A stretch of DNA of 64,000 nt, from positions 384,001 through 448,000 of the forward strand of contig CAVXTH010000005.1 of the NCBI GenBank assembly GCA_963764625.1. The letters are read 5' to 3'. Made by a program: the position numbers and the translations under genes. Under the pieces are notes generated by a model. It worked only from the letters and a program-made list of their open reading frames with translations. It ran no database searches and was not told the origin of the DNA. Positions 1 through 9,510 of this stretch are shown here, piece by piece. The DNA comes from Candidatus Krumholzibacteriota bacterium (GTDB lineage Bacteria > Krumholzibacteriota > Krumholzibacteriia > JAJRXK01). Position 1 is the first letter of the stretch. The number at the start of each line of letters is the position of its first letter.

Positions 1-51
1 GCAAGATACTCCAGGGCCGCGCGCCTGACCACACGCTCCGCCCCCAGTTTC

Positions 52-480
52 TCAGGCCTGCGCTTTCTCCTTGTTCTCCAGGGCCGCCACCAGAATTTCC
101 ATGAGATCGGTGACGGTGATCACGCCCACGAGCGTGGGTCCGTCCATCACCGGGAGCCCGGTGAATCGGTTGGACAGCATCAGCAGTGCGGCCTCGCGCA
201 CGTCATCCTCCGGTTTGACCGTGGTGACGCTGGGCGTCATCAGGTCCTTCACGCGAACTTCCCCGTCGGAAGGACGGTGCGCTTCCGGGTTGTCGTTCAT
301 GGCCTGTAGCGCGAGTCCTCGCAGGTCGCGATCGGCCACGATGCCCACCAAAGCTCCGTCTTCGTCCACCACTGGAAGCCGTCGGATCTGATTCTCCAAC
401 ATTTTGCGGAAGGCCAGGACAGCCGGACAATCTTCATGCACGGTGATCACGGGATGCGACATCCAGCGCTTGACTTGCAT
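52..480 (-). CDS. CBS-domain pair protein (AcuB-like)
   Basis: 142 aa with two CBS repeats (MSHPVITV...IRRLPVVD...VGIVADRD; MTPSVTTV...FTGLPVMD...VGVITVTD). GGGAG RBS upstream. Confidence 0.9.
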   Translation of the reverse strand: MQVKRWMSHPVITVHEDCPAVLAFRKMLENQIRRLPVVDEDGALVGIVADRDLRGLALQAMNDNPEAHRPSDGEVRVKDLMTPSVTTVKPEDDVREAALLMLSNRFTGLPVMDGPTLVGVITVTDLMEILVAALENKEKAQA

Positions 481-503
481 CGTCTCAGCTCCCTTCTGGT
501 ATG

Positions 504-533
504 GCGCGGCGAATCCGGGTGGATTCGACGCGC
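504..533 (-). promoter_or_regulatory. Stem-loop in the 5' leader of the CBS gene
   Basis: GCGCG-g-CGAATCC-gggt-GGATTCG-a-CGCGC inverted repeat between the putative -10 and the RBS. Confidence 0.4.
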
Positions 534-552
534 ACTCCGCTCTTTCGATCTC

Positions 553-558
553 AGTCTA
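553..558 (-). promoter_or_regulatory. Putative -10 element (TAGACT) for the CBS gene
   Basis: TAGACT on the minus strand ~75 nt upstream of the start. The same hexamer precedes the genes starting at 9266 and 20981. Confidence 0.4.
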
Positions 559-609
559 CACTGCGCCCACCCCCTTGAAAAGGAGACAGCGAATCGCTAT
601 CCATATTTG

Positions 610-618
610 TGGTAGGAT
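610..618 (+). promoter_or_regulatory. Putative extended -10 (TGgTAGGAT) for the M1 peptidase gene
   Basis: TGn-TAnnnT match 75 nt upstream of ATG 693. Confidence 0.35.
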
Positions 619-692
619 TGAATCCGATCACTCGACAGTTCGACTCCGGACGGATTCTCGGGCTCACCCCCCCCCGCGAAGAATGAGGTTTC

Positions 693-3423
693 ATGAAATC
701 CGCGCTGCTCTCGTTGAGCCTTGCTGCCGTTCTGCTGCTGAGCGCCCCCCTGACAATTCGTCACGGTGACGCGCTGGCGGCGCCCAAGTTCGATGACGCT
801 CCCGGCAATTGGTTCCATCGCGAAGAAGCGGCGCGGAAGGCCGCCGTCCTGCATCAGATGCGGGCTCTGGCCAAGGCTCCTTCAGCGAACCAGACGAAGT
901 ATGACGTGAACTTCTACAGCCTCGACCTCCTACTCGATCCGACGACCCCCATTCTGAGCGGTACAGTGGACATGACCGCCACCGTGGTCGACGGACCCAT
1001 TGATCAGGTCGAACTCGATCTCGATGGAGGCATGCTCGTGGGCGCGACCCGGGTGAACGGGGGTTCCACCACTTTTTCTCACGCTTCCGGTTTGCTCACC
1101 GTCGATCTCGACCAGAGCTACTCGAATGGTCAGAGCTTCGTGGTGAGCGTCGACTATTCGGGCCATCCCAATGAGAGTCTGGGAGCGTTCGGCTTCGACA
1201 CCCAAGACGGCTTCCCGATGATCTGGTCGTTGAGCGAGCCTTACGGCGCACGCACCTGGTGGCCGTGCAAGGACACTCCGTCGGACAAAGCCGACTCCGC
1301 CCGCATCAAACTCACCGTGCCGAGCGCGCTCACCGCCATCAGCAATGGGGTACTGCAGGGCACCACCACGCAAACGGTGTGGAAAACCTTCAACTGGTTC
1401 GAAAAGCACCCCATCGCCGCGTATCTCATTTCGCTCGCGGTTCATCGCTACATCGGGCACACGGCGTACTATACCTCCATGGACGGCAACACCCTCATGC
1501 CGGTGAACGCCTGGAGCTACCTGGGAAGCTCCACCTCCGCCGCGAACGCGGTAAATACCGTCGTCTCGGAGCTCGAGGCCTTTGCTCCCCTTTTCGGGGA
1601 GTACCCCTTCGTCGACGAAAAATACGACCAGGCGCAATTTCCCTGGGGCGGGGGAATGGAGCATCAGACCGCGACCAGCATCTGCTGCTTCCTCGACTGG
1701 GTGATGGCGCACGAGCTGGCCCACCAGTGGTACGGCGACGCGATCACCTGCAAGAGCTTCTCGCACATCTGGCTGAACGAAGGCTTCGCCACCTACGCCG
1801 AAGCTCTGTGGCAGGAATCGATCGGGGGCTCCATCGCCTACCACAACGAAGTCGAGGGGACGAAGTACTTCGGACCGGGCACCATCTACGTTCCGCCCGA
1901 AGAGCTCTCCGACGAGAACCGTATTTTCGACAGCTCCCTGAGCTACGACAAGGGGTCATGGGTTCTGCACATGCTGAGGGGAATGGTCGGGGACACGACC
2001 TTCTTCGACATCATGCGCGCCTGGACCGCCGACCCTGCGGTCCAGCTATGGCACCGCGACCACCGACGATTTCCAGTTGCTGGCCAGCAGTATCAGCGGA
2101 CGCAATCTCTCCAACTTCTTTCAGAACTGGATCTACGGTGAGTACTACCCCACCTACTCCTACTCGTGGGACGCGGTGGATCAGGGCGGGAGCTGGGACC
2201 TCACCGTCGACCTCGATCAACTTCAATCGCACGCGCTGTACAAGATGCCGGTTCCCCTACGTGTGACCACGACTTCGGGAGTCGAGGACTTCACGCTGGA
2301 GAACGACGCCTTCACCCAGACCTTTCACCTCACCACTTCGGCGCAGCCGATGACCGTCGCGCTCGACCCCGACGACTGGATCCTGAAGACGGTGGAAGCA
2401 AAAGTCGAGTCGCCCGGCTTCAATCGTGGAGTGTTGGTGGTGAACGGCGTGGATTGGAGCGTCTACGGAAGCACCATCACCTCCGAGTACGCCGACAGCA
2501 CGCTCTGCGGCGGCTTGCCCTTCTCGTTCTGGGATGTGTTCAGCCCGTCCAGCAGCGGATACATTCCCGAGCTCCCCACTCCTCTGGGATCGGGCAACAT
2601 TCCGCCGGATTCGCTCGGCCAGTTCTCGACCGTGATCTGGGTGGGGAACAACTTCTCGGGTGACCTCACGGTTTGGAACAACGCCGCCATTCTCAGTTAT
2701 CTGAAAGAGGGGGGAAACGTGTTGCTGCTGTGCCGCACCGGGCAGAGTTTCCTGCCTCCGCTTCGCGCCGGGTACGCGGGAATCCGATGGGCCGAATCCA
2801 GTCTGACCACCATCAACACGGCCGACGCGGTGTATCCCACCCTGGTAAACATGCCCTTGATCGGAACCCAGGATCAGAACGCCGTCTTCGAAACCACCTA
2901 CGACCAGCCGGAAGCGGTCACCCTGATCGAGGACCCGACGAGTTTTTCCGTTCCGCGGGCGATCGCCATGTGGCGCCAACCGGCCGGCGGCGGCACGCTC
3001 CGGCACAGCGGTGGCAACTTCGCGCACATCGCAGGAAGGCCCTACTACTGGAGCCATCCCGAGCTCAAGACCAACATCAACGCGATTCTCACCGGAATCT
3101 TCGGAGAGGACGGAGTGGTCACCTCCACTCCCTCGGTCGCCCGGCGCGCGTTGGTTCTCCACGAGCCGGTGCCCAATCCTTTCAACCCAAGGGTGACGCT
3201 CCGCTACGAACTGGCGCAGAGCGGGCCGGCCAAGCTCTCCATCTACGATCTGAGGGGAAGACTGGTGCGCGTGCTGCTCAACAAGAACCTGCCGCCCGGA
3301 TCCGGAAGCGCGCAGTGGGATGGGAAGGACGGCTCGGGTCATACTGCCGCTTCGGGCGTCTACTCCGTCGTGTTGGAAGCGGGAGGACAGCACCGCAGCC
3401 AGAAGGCGACTCTGATCCGCTGA
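693..3423 (+). CDS. Secreted M1-family zinc aminopeptidase with C-terminal FlgD-Ig/T9SS-like domain (one +1 frameshift at ~2043-2046)
   Basis: Signal peptide, GGMEH exopeptidase motif, HELAH...WLNEGFA zinc motif, YDKGSWVLHML. ORF 693..2141 continues in the +1 frame as YGTATTDDFQ into ORF 2077..3423, which ends PNPFNP...WDGKD...SGVY...ATLIR. Confidence 0.88.
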
Positions 3424-3457
3424 AGTCCGAGCTCGCTTCGACCCGTGCGATGCGCCT

Positions 3458-3481
3458 TTGCCTGAATGCTTGCCTGAATGC
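3458..3481 (+). repeat. Perfect 12-bp tandem duplication TTGCCTGAATGC x2
   Basis: Read directly at 3458-3469 and 3470-3481, ~40 nt upstream of the xdh start. Confidence 0.8.
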
Positions 3482-3522
3482 CCGGACCGTCGCATCCTGC
3501 CAAGAGGCAGGAGGATGAAATC

Positions 3523-5814
3523 GTGGCCGAACACCGCTCGCTCTTGGGAACTTCACCGCTTCGCCGCGATGGCGAGGGCAAGGCCTCGGGCCGCCTTCGC
3601 TATCTCGATGACCTGCCGGATCAGGGGGTCTGGCACGGCGTGACCGTGCGCAGCCCGCATGCTCACGCCCGGATCGTCTCCCTCTCGTTCGACGCAAAGT
3701 TGGCGCCGCCCGGAGCGGTGTTCGTGCAGACGAGCGACATCCCCGGAGCGAACGGACTCCAGATTCTCGACGACGCCTGGCCCATTTTGGCCGAACGCGA
3801 AGTCAATCACGTGGGCGAGGCGGTGGCGTTGGTGGCGGCGTCCTCGCGCGAAGCGGCGTTGCACGCGGCGCGTGCGGTAAAAGTCGAGTACGAACCGCTC
3901 GATCCCGTGTTGGGCTTTGAAGGCGGCGACTCGGTCGACCCCCTGTATACGCTCTCTTTGGTGGAGGGCGAGTGCGACAAAATTCTCGCCGCGGCGAAGG
4001 ACGACGATCTGGTTCTGATCGAGGGCGAGTACTTCAGCGGACACCAGGAACACATCTACATCGAGTGCCAGGGGATGCTGGCGCGCTGGGAGAAAGACGG
4101 CACCCTGTTCATCACCGGTTCGCTGCAGTGTCCTTACTATGTGAAGACCGCCCTGCAGCACGTCTTCTCCCTGAAACCGGATCAGCTTCGGGTGGCCGGC
4201 CGGGCCATGGGCGGAGGGTTCGGCGGCAAGGAGGACTATCCCAGCCTGATCGCGGCGCACACCGCGTTGCTGGCGCGCGCCGCGGGGCGACCGGTCAAGA
4301 TCGTCTACGACCGAAACGAGGACATCGTGGCGACGACGAAGCGCCACCCCTCGCGCACGCGCATCAAGAGCGCGGTGAAACGCGACGGAACTCTGGTGGC
4401 CGCCAGGGTCGACTTCGATCTGGACGGCGGCGCCTATCTGGGACTCTCGCCGGTGGTGCTCTCTCGCGGATTGCTGCACGCGACCGGCGCCTACCGCCTT
4501 CCCCACGCGCACGTCGAGGGACGGGTTCTGCGCACCAACACCACTCCCACCGGAGCCTTCCGGGGCTTTGGCGCGCCTCAATCCGAATTCGCGTGGGAAC
4601 GACACATGGATCGCATCGCACGCACCCTTGGCATCGACCCCCTGACGCTGCGGCGCCGCAACATACTGCGTCCCGGGGATCCCCTGCCCACCGGCCAGGT
4701 CATGGACAACTCGTGCAGCGCCGCGGAAGTGTTGGACCGCGTCGAGACACTCACCGGTTTCCTGAAGCGCTGGCGGCAGCTCGAAGCCGAAAAGGCACAC
4801 ACCGTTCCTTTCGGACCCGGCACGAAGGCGCCGCTGCGGGGAATCGGTTTGAGTCTGTCGTTTCACGGCGCGGGCTTCACCGGCCTGGGCGAGCACAAGA
4901 TGCGCTCTCCGGTTACGGCCCGTCTTACACCGGAGGGCCAGGTCGAACTTCTCACCGCGGCCACCGAGATGGGACAGGGCGCCATTTCCACTCTGTCCTT
5001 GCTCGCGGCGGAAGAGACGGGCCTCGAGCTCGCCGACGTCCTCATGGCCGAGCCCGACACCGGCGTGGTGCCCGACTCCGGGCCCACCGTGGCCTCCCGC
5101 ACCAGCATGATCGTGGGCGGTACCGGAGCCAAGGCCGCCCGTGGACTGGTCGATCGTGTGCTCGCGTGGAAGCAGCAGCAGCTCGGCGAGAAGTCACTAC
5201 GCCTCGAGTCGAGCACCGTCGTGGGAAGCAAGGGCAAGGTGGGAAACTTCTGCGGGATCGCGCGCGAGTACACCGAAGCGGGAAACGAGACCGAATTCAC
5301 CGCGCGCAACGAACCGCCCGCGTGGCAGGAGTTTGACGACGAGACCTATCACGGCTCGGCCTATCCCACCTATTCCTACTCGGCGCAGGTCATCGAAGTG
5401 GAGGTCGATCCGGACACGCTCGAGGTGAGTGCCAGGAAGGCCACCGTGGTGAGCGAGGTCGGCAAGGTGCTGCACGAAGTACAGTGCCGCGGGCAGATCG
5501 AAGGCGGCGTCTTGCAGGCGATCGGTTGGGCCCTTCTGGAGGAGATGAAGTTCGACAATGGGCGCATTCTCAACGACCGCATGGCCACCTACATCGTTCC
5601 CACCATCCTCGACGCACCCGAGATGCAAGTCGAAATGATGGAGAGGCCCTGGAACGGCCCGCCCTTCGGAGCCAAAGGAGTGGGTGAGTTGCCGATGGAT
5701 GGCCCCGCACCGGCGGTGTGCGCCGCGATCGAGAACGCAACCGGGATCGTGGCCGATTCCATTCCCGCGGTTCCCGAACGACTGCTGGCTTGGATGGAGG
5801 CGAGCGAACGATGA
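3523..5814 (+). CDS. Xanthine dehydrogenase-family molybdopterin-binding subunit
   Basis: [47 protein letters not shown] (catalytic Glu). GTG at 3523 follows a GGAGG RBS. Confidence 0.92.
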   Translation: MAEHRSLLGTSPLRRDGEGKASGRLRYLDDLPDQGVWHGVTVRSPHAHARIVSLSFDAKLAPPGAVFVQTSDIPGANGLQILDDAWPILAEREVNHVGEAVALVAASSREAALHAARAVKVEYEPLDPVLGFEGGDSVDPLYTLSLVEGECDKILAAAKDDDLVLIEGEYFSGHQEHIYIECQGMLARWEKDGTLFITGSLQCPYYVKTALQHVFSLKPDQLRVAGRAMGGGFGGKEDYPSLIAAHTALLARAAGRPVKIVYDRNEDIVATTKRHPSRTRIKSAVKRDGTLVAARVDFDLDGGAYLGLSPVVLSRGLLHATGAYRLPHAHVEGRVLRTNTTPTGAFRGFGAPQSEFAWERHMDRIARTLGIDPLTLRRRNILRPGDPLPTGQVMDNSCSAAEVLDRVETLTGFLKRWRQLEAEKAHTVPFGPGTKAPLRGIGLSLSFHGAGFTGLGEHKMRSPVTARLTPEGQVELLTAATEMGQGAISTLSLLAAEETGLELADVLMAEPDTGVVPDSGPTVASRTSMIVGGTGAKAARGLVDRVLAWKQQQLGEKSLRLESSTVVGSKGKVGNFCGIAREYTEAGNETEFTARNEPPAWQEFDDETYHGSAYPTYSYSAQVIEVEVDPDTLEVSARKATVVSEVGKVLHEVQCRGQIEGGVLQAIGWALLEEMKFDNGRILNDRMATYIVPTILDAPEMQVEMMERPWNGPPFGAKGVGELPMDGPAPAVCAAIENATGIVADSIPAVPERLLAWMEASER

Positions 5815-6320
5815 AAGTCCGCTTCACCCTCAACGGCAAGAGAGTGGGGGCCGAGGGAAATCCCACCGATCGTCTGCTCGATGTGGTGCGCCGCGAATTC
5901 TCACTGACCGGCACCAAGGAGGGTTGCGGGGAAGGAGAATGCGGTGCGTGCACGGTTTTGCTCGACGGAGAGCCCGTGCTCTCGTGCTTGACTCCTCTGA
6001 TGCAGGTGGATGGTCGCGAGGTGGTCACGGCGGAAGCGCTCGCCCAATCCGCCAAGGGCCGCGCCTATCTCGAGCGCTTCGTGCAAGAAGGGGGTGCGCA
6101 GTGCGGCGCCTGCACTCCGGGCATCGTTCTCACTGCCGCGCAACTTCTGGAGACCTCCGGGTCCAACTCGCGCGAGACGATCGCGCAGGCTCTGGCCGGC
6201 AACATCTGCCGCTGCACCGGCTACGAGGCGATTCTGCGCGCGCTGCAGGAGGAGCCGGAAGCGGTGCTCGGTCCTTGGGACGACGACGCCCAGACGACCG
6301 CAACGGGGAAGAAGTCATGA
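5811..6320 (+). CDS. Molybdenum hydroxylase [2Fe-2S] subunit (CoxS/XdhC-type)
   Basis: GTKEGCGEGECGACTV, QCGACTPG, GNICRCTGY. ATGA overlap with the upstream stop. Confidence 0.93.
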   Translation: MKVRFTLNGKRVGAEGNPTDRLLDVVRREFSLTGTKEGCGEGECGACTVLLDGEPVLSCLTPLMQVDGREVVTAEALAQSAKGRAYLERFVQEGGAQCGACTPGIVLTAAQLLETSGSNSRETIAQALAGNICRCTGYEAILRALQEEPEAVLGPWDDDAQTTATGKKS

Positions 6321-7270
6321 GCGAAGTGTTCTCCCCCACCAGCTTGAAGAGCGCGCTCGAACGTCTGCAGGAGGATCCCACCCTCACGCCCTTGGCCGGG
6401 TGCACCGACTGGATGGTGCGCGGCGCAGTTGAACGTCTGGAGCAGGTTGGCGTGCTCGATCTCTTGCGCATCGAGGAATTACGGGGAATTCGCGAGCTCG
6501 GCGAGGGCGAAGAGTTGCACGGCGCGCCGGGTTCCGCGCCCAGCGCTGCGTCAGGAGCCTTGTCTGCGCCCAAGTCCACAACTGCCGCCGCTACGACGGG
6601 CTTTAAGGGCCTGCGCATCGGCGCCACCACGAGCTTCTCCCAGATTCGTGAACATCCTCTGGTTCGTGAGCACTATCCCATCCTCGCCGAAGCCGCGGCC
6701 CAGATCGGCGGGCGCCAAATCCAGAATCGCGCCACGGTGGGCGGCAACATGGTCAACGCCTCGCCCGCCGGCGACAGCCTGCCGGTGCTCTTGGCCTTCA
6801 ACGCCGAGGTGGAGATCGCGGGACTGAAGGGTACGCGCCGAGTCGTCTACGACTCCTTCTATACCGGTTACCGTACGACCGTGCTGAAGCCCGGTGAGTT
6901 GTTGAGCGCGGTTCTGCTGCCGCCGGTCCCGTCCCATCAGCGCTTCAAGAAGGTGGGCACGCGACGCGCGCAGGCGATTTCCAAGGTGGTCTTGGCACTG
7001 TGCGCGGAGCGCGGCCCAATTCCCGACGCGACGGACGGTGGAGAAGGATGGTCGCAAGTGCGCATCGCGGCCGGCAGCGTGGCCCCCACTCCGGTGCGGC
7101 TGCGCAAGGCCGAAGCAGCGTGTGAAGGAGCGCCGGTGGGAATCGACACGGCCATGGAGGCAGCAAACGCGGCGTGCTCGGAGGTCACTCCCATCGACGA
7201 CATCCGCAGCACCGCGCACTACCGGCTCTTCGCCCTGGGCCGGGTGTTGCGGCGAATGTTGAACGGGTAG
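6317..7270 (+). CDS. Molybdenum hydroxylase FAD-binding subunit (CoxM/XdhB-type)
   Basis: AGCTD, QIQNRATVGGN..NASPAGD, RRAQAISKV, PIDDIRSTAHYR. ATGA overlap at 6317-6320. Confidence 0.92.
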   Translation: MSEVFSPTSLKSALERLQEDPTLTPLAGCTDWMVRGAVERLEQVGVLDLLRIEELRGIRELGEGEELHGAPGSAPSAASGALSAPKSTTAAATTGFKGLRIGATTSFSQIREHPLVREHYPILAEAAAQIGGRQIQNRATVGGNMVNASPAGDSLPVLLAFNAEVEIAGLKGTRRVVYDSFYTGYRTTVLKPGELLSAVLLPPVPSHQRFKKVGTRRAQAISKVVLALCAERGPIPDATDGGEGWSQVRIAAGSVAPTPVRLRKAEAACEGAPVGIDTAMEAANAACSEVTPIDDIRSTAHYRLFALGRVLRRMLNG

Positions 7271-7286
7271 ACGCGATCGATTTCCC

Positions 7287-7333
7287 TAAGTGATTCCATA
7301 TCCAACGACTTTAGTTTTATAGCCGGCTATAAA
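7287..7333. promoter_or_regulatory. AT-rich intergenic site: IHF-like box plus perfect 18-bp palindrome
   Basis: TTTATAGCCGGCTATAAA at 7316-7333 is a perfect palindrome. TAAGTG...CCAACGACTTT resembles the motif at 52417-52441. Confidence 0.45.
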
Positions 7334-7517
7334 TTTACGAAGCGCGAGGAATCCGTGAGAAATAAATCGTCATCTTTGGCGAGTTCACTGGAATCCAACG
7401 CGGCGCGCGCTGGGTACCGGGTAGACGACTCCAGCTGTGGAGCCGGGTCCACAACTGGTCGAAACGAAACAGCTCTCAGCCACGGCGAAGACGACTTCAA
7501 GGGACGGGGCCGGACAC

Positions 7518-8759
7518 ATGCTGGGATGGTTTGAGCGTATCGTGAAAGCACTGCTTTCAAGCAGACGATCTTCCTTCGGGTCCGATTTCGGAGCTTCTTT
7601 GTCCCTCGTTCTTCTCTTCGCCTTGGCCGCGGCTCTGAACCTCGTCGATTCCCCCACCGCTCTCGCCACGACCTGGCACGTGGAGAAGGACGGCAGCGGG
7701 GAGTTCACGGTCATTCAGGATGCGCTGAATTCGTGTACATCAGGAGATACGGTACTCGTGGGCCCAGGGCAGTACACGGAGCACGCTCCGTTCGACTTTG
7801 GAGCGCTGATCGAAGATACTTACGTAGTGGTGGACACCCCCAATGTCACGCTCCGCGGGACGGACAGGGATGCAGTGATCATTGGGCCGGAGGTCTATAC
7901 GAGGATTAATTCGAATGAGCCAAACGGCATTGCGACCTCAGGTCAAGCGAGTGGGCTGAAACTGGAAAACCTGACTGTGGAGAATGTCGTCGAGGGAATC
8001 ACATTCCTTGTACAGGCTAACGCCACAGACTGTGTCATTCGGGATTGTGACGGTGGATTCATCATCATCACAGATACGAATCACACCTTTACTCGATGCG
8101 AAGTGTACGACAGTCCGGACTGGAGCATGGCCTGCTATCTACAGAATACCCGAGTGGAACTCAATGACTGTCATTTTGTGGCCTATGTGCCGTTTCCAGG
8201 GGCAATCTCACCAGGTGGTGTCAATATCTCAGCCGCGCACAATGTTCTGGTCACGGACTGCGATTTCGCTGGAGACACCTACCTGCAGTTTCAATTCGGC
8301 TCGGATGGCACAATCCAGAACAACACCTTCGACGCCGGCAAGATTAACGTGTTGGAGTCCAGTGCTGACCTTGTAGGTAATGTCATCGGACCTAGCCCCG
8401 TAGTGAATCTCCAGTTCACCGGAATCGCGCTGACTGCCACGAAAAACATCTTCCGTGGAGCGGACGATGCTACACTATTCTTGAGTGGAAACTCCGTGGA
8501 GATGCATGAAAACCACATTCTGAATAGCGGGGGGTACACGGTGAAGATCAACTTCTACGACAGTCCCAACCACACCCTGGACCTGACGAACAACTGGTGG
8601 GGTACTGCAGATTCCACTCAGATTGCGACGTGGATTCGAGACGTACACGACGACCCATACTTCAACATCGAGGTGAAGTTCGTGCCGTTCGCGGATCAGC
8701 CGCTGCCAGCTCGCTCCACCAGCTTCGGCCAACTGAAGGCGGGGTTCGGCGGGCACTAG
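7518..8759 (+). CDS. Secreted right-handed parallel beta-helix (pectin lyase-fold) protein
   Basis: Hydrophobic signal followed by TWHVEKDGSGEFTVIQDA..GDTVLVGPGQYTE, Asn-rich repeats, NNWWG motif and C-terminal STSFGQLKAGF. The core is visibly lower in GC. Start codon uncertain. Confidence 0.75.
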   Translation: MLGWFERIVKALLSSRRSSFGSDFGASLSLVLLFALAAALNLVDSPTALATTWHVEKDGSGEFTVIQDALNSCTSGDTVLVGPGQYTEHAPFDFGALIEDTYVVVDTPNVTLRGTDRDAVIIGPEVYTRINSNEPNGIATSGQASGLKLENLTVENVVEGITFLVQANATDCVIRDCDGGFIIITDTNHTFTRCEVYDSPDWSMACYLQNTRVELNDCHFVAYVPFPGAISPGGVNISAAHNVLVTDCDFAGDTYLQFQFGSDGTIQNNTFDAGKINVLESSADLVGNVIGPSPVVNLQFTGIALTATKNIFRGADDATLFLSGNSVEMHENHILNSGGYTVKINFYDSPNHTLDLTNNWWGTADSTQIATWIRDVHDDPYFNIEVKFVPFADQPLPARSTSFGQLKAGFGGH

Positions 8760-8766
8760 CTCGAGC

Positions 8767-8853
8767 CGCGGCGTGCGCCAACTCGTTCGTACGGCCGCGC
8801 AGGTTTCTACCCAACCATCAAAGTCCCTTGGAAGACTGATGTAGCCGGGTAGA
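8767..8853. terminator. Two stem-loops between convergent genes (possible bidirectional terminator)
   Basis: CGCGGC-GTGCG...CGTAC-g-GCCGCG (8767-8799) and TCTACCC..CATC..AGTC/GACT-GATG..GGGTAGA (8806-8853). No clear U-tract. Confidence 0.3.
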
Positions 8854-8882
8854 CAAGTCCGCGCCCAATCCGCGGCGCATGC

Positions 8883-9266
8883 TCACTGATGCACGTTCGC
8901 CATGGCCCGCGACCACGCCTGCGACAGCACCGGATACTTCGCGAGCTTCATCATCTGGGGCATCGCCTCCTTCTGAAACTCCTGCTGCTCCGTGCCCATA
9001 TTCTGGCTGATCTTCTGCAGTTCTTCGTGGCTGGGGCGCGGGAGCTTGGCGATCTGCTTGGAAAGCTCGGTGAGCTGGGTGCCCAGGTCTTCGATCTTGC
9101 TCGCGGCCTTGTTGGCGGACGCTTCGTCTTCGACCGTCTCGAGCACGCTGACCATCTCTTTCATGATCTTGGCCTGCGCCCTGGCTCCGTCCTCGTACGA
9201 GCGGATGCCTCCACCGCACGCACACACGAGCACCATCACTGCGGACAGGAATGCCAACTTGAACAT
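8883..9266 (-). CDS. Small alpha-helical putative lipoprotein, unknown function
   Basis: MFKLAFLSAVMVLVCACGGG lipoprotein-like signal, GGGAGGT RBS, host-like codon use, helical E/K/Q-rich body. Confidence 0.75.
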   Translation of the reverse strand: MFKLAFLSAVMVLVCACGGGIRSYEDGARAQAKIMKEMVSVLETVEDEASANKAASKIEDLGTQLTELSKQIAKLPRPSHEELQKISQNMGTEQQEFQKEAMPQMMKLAKYPVLSQAWSRAMANVHQ

Positions 9267-9294
9267 TTGGGACCTCCCCACGGGGAATGCGGGA

Positions 9295-9300
9295 AGTCTA
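9295..9300 (-). promoter_or_regulatory. Putative -10 (TAGACT) for the lipoprotein gene
   Basis: TAGACT on the minus strand ~30 nt upstream of ATG 9266. Confidence 0.4.
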
Positions 9301-9423
9301 CCGGACCCCCATCACGGAGGGCAACCGCCCGGAGCGCGGCATCGACCCAAGGGGTTCAACCGCGTCATTGCTGCGCCAGCGCGAGGATCGAAGCCCAACT
9401 CGGTGAGATTTGCTCGCACGCCC

Positions 9424-9452
9424 TCGACGCCACCGCCAAAGCGTCCTAGAAT
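9424..9452 (+). promoter_or_regulatory. Putative sigma70 promoter for the second xdh operon
   Basis: TCGACG-N17-TAGAAT. Confidence 0.45.
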
Positions 9453-9510
9453 AGTGCATTAGACCCTCGACTCCATCTTCTTGAACTTCCCCCCTACAGG
9501 AGCACCCGTT

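Noticed and set aside
8790-8845. GTTTCTACC...GACT resembling a purine riboswitch core inside a purine catabolic region
   Set aside because: It lacks the TATAAT/GATATGG/CCGTAAA loop elements and lies between two convergent stop codons rather than in a 5' leader. A cmsearch with the Rfam Purine model would settle it.
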